Shown piece after piece: positions 59,962 to 64,000 of a stretch of DNA of 64,000 bases (position 1 is its first letter; every line of letters begins with the position of its first letter). Source of the stretch: Chiloscyllium plagiosum (taxonomy: Eukaryota); contig NC_057720.1 of NCBI RefSeq assembly GCF_004010195.1, positions 31,848,831-31,912,830 of the forward strand, written 5' to 3'. Below the pieces are notes generated by a model. That model saw only the letters and a list, made by a program, of their open reading frames with translations. It was not told the origin of the DNA and ran no database searches. The position numbers and the translations under genes were made by a program.

Positions 59962-60193
59962 TGAAACCAAAAGAGAAAATGCTGGAAAATCTCAGCAGGT
60001 CTGGCAGCATCTGTAAGGAGAGAAAAGAGCTGACGTTTTGAGTCTAACTGACCCTTTGTGAGCTTCGACAAAGGGTCAGTTAGACTCGAAACATCAGCTC
60101 TTTTCTCTCCTTACAGATGCTGCCAGACCTGCTGAAATTTTCCAGCATTTTCTCTTTTGGTTTCAGATTCCAGCATCCGCAGTAATTTGCTTT
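59962..60193. mobile_element. Palindromic PLE pLTR mini-element (another family)
   Basis: 98-bp arms at 59962-60059 and 60068-60165 with 3 differences and an 8-nt loop; perfect 14-bp TSD taactccaaatgaa at 59952-59965 and 60194-60207. Confidence 0.93.
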
Positions 60194-61959
60194 TAACTCC
60201 AAATGAATCTGTTTATCTGTTCTTGAGTCCTCCATGAACCTTCTTGGGTGGCCTTTTGAAAATCTTGCAACAAGTACCACACCGGTTGATAGGCAAAATT
60301 GAATTACCGAGTTCCTTTTGTGTTGCAATTTTCATAATCAGCTGGCTTACATGGTACAACATGGATATAAAAAATGGACTTCATTGCAACACACACATGC
60401 AATGCCTCAAGTTTGATCTCTTTGCCAGAGGAAACTTAAAGAAAAACTTGTATTTATATAACTTTGTTTATCACCTCTGAATATAAAGCATTTTGAGACA
60501 GTCAATTAAATATTTTTGCACTATGGCAAGTGTTGTCATTTTGGATACAGCACAGCCATACTGAGTGTAAAAAAGGTCCCACAAACAGCAATTTGATATT
60601 GACCAGATAATCGTTTTATCCCATAAAGTCTGCTTATCCAAGTTAATCTGTTCTTCTGCTTTAAAATGGTGAAAACTAAAACAAACTGAAATGAAATGAA
60701 ATGATGTTTGCTTTGGCCTTGGGACCTACAGAGCTATTTTAGAACTTGAGTGACTTGCTCATTAAGAAATATGTTAGGCAAGATACACATGGAGGTGAAA
60801 GGTCCTCTGATACGAAAGAAACAAGTGAACTATTGGGCTCTTACAACAATGCAGCAATTCTACCACACATGGATCAAACTCTCAATAATGTTTTGTGGGT
60901 GAAAGTGAACTGGACTGATGACTGCAAAATCCATGTCTTCCTTACATATATATCAGCTAGGATGTATTCACTTGTAAATCTGTCTCTTTGTTATATTTCC
61001 CTCAGTCAACATCTACATCGGTTCATGTTTCTATTCATGTCTAACTGTCTTTATGTTTATTCAGCTGTCTATTTATGTACATTTACATTTTTCCTGTTTC
61101 CATTTAAGTCATTCTTCATTTTGCTGAATAAGTTCTTGGGGCATTTTAAGGCATTGGAGTTTTGTACACTTAAAATTGGTCATGCATGAAATCTCTAAAG
61201 GTAGCGTTACTTGAGACTGAAGTATTGCACTTGTCTTTATCTCCTATTTATGAAATGAACTTCACATGGAAGAGAATATGACTGAACAAGTTCTGACCTT
61301 CAGATTGTGTGTGGTTTATAACACTCGTGCCGGTCATTTGACCTGACTCAAACTGGATTCTGATCAAAATGATAACGGAGCACCCACACCTTCACAGCTC
61401 ATCAAAACTGTAGTGAAACTCAATTGACCATTGACCCATTTAATAGTTATAAATAGATCATACACTTAAAAATTATGTTATTATCTTTAAAGGTTAAGAA
61501 TCAAGATTCTGAGATTTAAGCACAATGAAGACAATGCCCAAAGAAATATCGAATTAAAGCAGCAAAATACTTTATTAAATATAAATAAATTTTAATTTTA
61601 ATGTTGCTTAAACTTGCTTATGGAGCTTTTTTCTGGAGGTTATGTAACTCTTCAGTGAGAAGATAACACTCTGGCCATATCTTCCATTGCGAGTAATTGA
61701 GTAGAAACAGCGTGCTGCTGAGAATAATGATAGTTGCACTTAGTCTTGGTTGAGTCTAAAAGCAAAAAATGGCTGTGTGAGGAAAATACCCTTCATATTT
61801 GCTCTCTTTTGTTGCTGGGAGAAGTCAAATCTCATGGTTATCATGTTGTCACTTAATGCAGCTTAGTTCAGTAGATTACTGCATTCAAAGTTGCTGTGCA
61901 TATGCTCTCCTGTAAAATGACACCTTTCATCTTCACTAAACTTTGACTCATTCAAACTG

Positions 61960-62260
61960 TACTGATTACATTCTAATTCCCATCACTCCTATTCACTCAT
62001 CACCTCTGTGCTTGCTGACCTATATTCCGGCCTGACCTTGCTTCAATTTTAAAATTCTCACCTTGCTTTCAAGTCCCTCCCTAACTCTTTGTCTCCTCCT
62101 CCAGCTCTCCAATTACTGCTCCCATTGTTACTTTTTAAATGTGCCCAATTTTGGGAAATTTACTTTTGTCCCTGTGCCAAAACAAAATCTGGGGAAATAA
62201 GTCAGCTGCTTAGCTGTACTGAGTTGAAACTTAATGCTTTGATAGGTAACAACAGTGCTT
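61960..62260 (+). mobile_element. L2-type LINE 3' remnant
   Basis: ctcatcacctctgtgcttgctgacctat (IT.VLADL) and ttttaaaattctcaccttg..ttcaagtccctc (FKIL.L.FKSL). Confidence 0.6.
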
Positions 62261-62369
62261 CTTCCTCTTTTGCTATCCTGAACATGTAAGCACTTACTTG
62301 GTCACCAGCTCTCTGCTCCCCTCACTGTATGCTTCTCTGGGGTAAATCTAACTGTTTAACAAAGTGAGC

Positions 62370-63435
62370 AGAGTACAGTATAAGAGTAGCCAATTGGTTG
62401 ACTGACAAAAAGCATGGAGTGAGGACAAAAGGGGTCTTTTTCAGGATAGCGATTGGTGAGGAGTGGAATTCTGCAGGGGGTAGTGTTGAGATCACAACTA
62501 TTCATGTAATACATGAATGATCTAAATGAAGGAACTGAGGGCATTGTTGCTAGGTTTGCAAATGACAGAAACATATTGGAGAGACAGGTAGTGCTGAGGA
62601 ATCAGGAGTTTGAAGGTGGACTTGGACAAGCTAAGAGAATAAGCAAAGAAGTGGCAGATGAAATACAATGTGGGAAAGTGTAAGTTTATGACTTTGGTAG
62701 GAAGAATAGAGGCATAGACTGTTTTTTAAATGGGGAAATCTGAAGCACAAAAGGAGTTCTGGTTCAGGATTCTCTTCATATTAACATGCAGGTTTAGTTG
62801 GCAGTTAGGAAGACAAATGTAATGTTAGCATTCATTTCAGCAGGGTTAGAATACAACAGTAGCGATGTATCACTGAGGCTGCATAAGGTTCTGATCATTT
62901 GGGATATTGTGAGCAGTTTTAGGTTCTGTATCTAAGGAAGGATGTGCTGGCATTGGAGGGGTCCAGGGGAGGTTCTCAAGAATGATCCCCGAGATCAAAT
63001 GACTTGTAGTATGAGGAGAGATTGAGGACCTTGAGTCTGTACTTTGATGGAGTTTAGAAGGATGATGGGACAGTCTGATTGAGACTTATTGAAAACTGAG
63101 AGGCCTGGATAGAGTGGACGTGGAGAAGATGTTTCCAGTAGTCGAAGAGACTAGGACCCAAGGGCACTGCCTCACAGTGAAGAGCCAATGCTTTAGAACT
63201 GAGGTGAGGACAAATGTCTTCAGCCAGAGGGTGGTAAGTGTGTAGAACTTACTGCTGCAGAGGACTGTGCAGGCCAAGCTATTGAGTGATGGAGGTAGAT
63301 AGGTTCTTGATTAGTAAGGGGATCAAGGCAGCAGACAGGCGAATGGGGTTGAGAAACACGCCAGATTGATCAACTGGTAGGTCACGCTCGATGGGCCAAA
63401 TGACTTAATTCTGCTCCTGTACCGTATAGTCTTAT
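62370..63435 (+). mobile_element. CR1 LINE RT region to 3' end, decayed
   Basis: gctaggtttgcaaatgac (FADD region), gaagtggcagatgaaatacaatg, gactaggacccaagggcac and a 3' UTR ending gtcttata. Confidence 0.88.
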
Positions 63436-63552
63436 AAAGGGTGGGGCGTTTGAGGTTAAGAATGAAATCCTGAGTCACCTTCCACCTGCATGAATAGACA
63501 ATTGTCTCAAGCAACCAAACTGTAGAATAATCATTATTTTGTATCTCCCCAG

Positions 63553-63621
63553 GCTGCAGTGACATACAGACAGACCAACATGAAAGACAAATGCCTAGCT
63601 TTCATTGAAGGACACACCAAA
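63553..63621 (+). CDS. BTBD19: Next coding exon of the BTBD19-like gene (AAVTYRQTNMKDKCLAFIEGHTK)
   Basis: 69-nt phase 0-0 exon with acceptor tatctccccag and donor |gtgagt. It continues the 5576 exon in frame and resembles human VAVTFGLGQLQERCVAFIEAHSQ (start of the BACK domain). Confidence 0.8.
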
Positions 63622-64000
63622 GTGAGTACTTGAAAATGGCTAATGTATCTGATGACTTCTTTTTTAGACTCTGGTGTCAAATGAAATCTGTTGAAACCAA
63701 GCTCAGGCCACTGAACCCACTCATGCAGATCAGAATATCCATCAATTGTGTGGTCCACTAACTGTGAGAAATAGCTGTGACAATTAGAAATAAATATGTT
63801 GCTGATTGATATATGTTGCCACAGCAGCAAGATTTATTTTTTAAAAATCACCGGTAGTTCTTCTGTAATGTGATGGTTGTGTTTTTGTGCAACCCCGCAT
63901 TATAGAAAATCCATGCTTTAGAGACAGCGCTTAATGTGTTGGTGATGTAATCGCATTGCAGTCAACACATGTATAAAAAGTTCATGCTTTAGAAACAGTG

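Larger units (their letters stand above)
5636..63552 (+). other. 57,917-bp GT-AG intron of the BTBD19-like gene
   Basis: Lies between two exons whose peptides are contiguous in the recalled human protein; no intervening exon was recognised. Confidence 0.7.

Noticed and set aside
59962..60165. DNA-transposon MITE or pre-miRNA reading of the palindromes
   Set aside because: Arms are unequal and variably truncated, TSDs are 13-16 bp, and the arm sequence matches ends of GIY-YIG PLEs in the same window.
58970..61600. Possible solo LTR fragments (58970-59200, 60700-61200, 61290-61600)
   Set aside because: Composition is suggestive only; no paired LTRs, TG..CA ends with TSD, or gag/pol similarity could be fixed by eye.
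5636..63552. Nested DYNLT4/TCTEX1D4 or other intronless gene
   Set aside because: No ORF in the track has Tctex-1 or other recognisable host-protein motifs.

Overview
This is eukaryotic, repeat-rich vertebrate DNA, most likely from a shark (elasmobranch), judged from HE1-type SINEs, HER1/CR1-type LINEs, Deu-domain SINEs and Penelope-like elements (PLEs). The only host coding sequence I can support is two short in-frame exons on the + strand: 5576-5635 (MCVDYINSTLTVESACEALQ) and 63553-63621 (AAVTYRQTNMKDKCLAFIEGHTK). They resemble consecutive segments of BTB/BACK protein BTBD19 and are separated by an apparent single 57,917-bp intron. Nearly all ORFs in the supplied track are decayed retroelement fragments or chance ORFs. 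The most notable signal is a dense set of PLE terminal repeats (pLTRs) from several families, each carrying a minimal hammerhead ribozyme core (CTGAnGA-A-stem II-GAAA-CG-TH) with compensatory changes between families. Several occur as 130-280 bp coding-free insertions with 13-16 bp target-site duplications, and some are near-perfect head-to-head palindromes. The window also holds a 123-bp microhomology-flanked templated insertion, a 49-bp minisatellite and several nested insertions. Family names come from recalled sequence similarity, not a database search, and most repeat boundaries are approximate.
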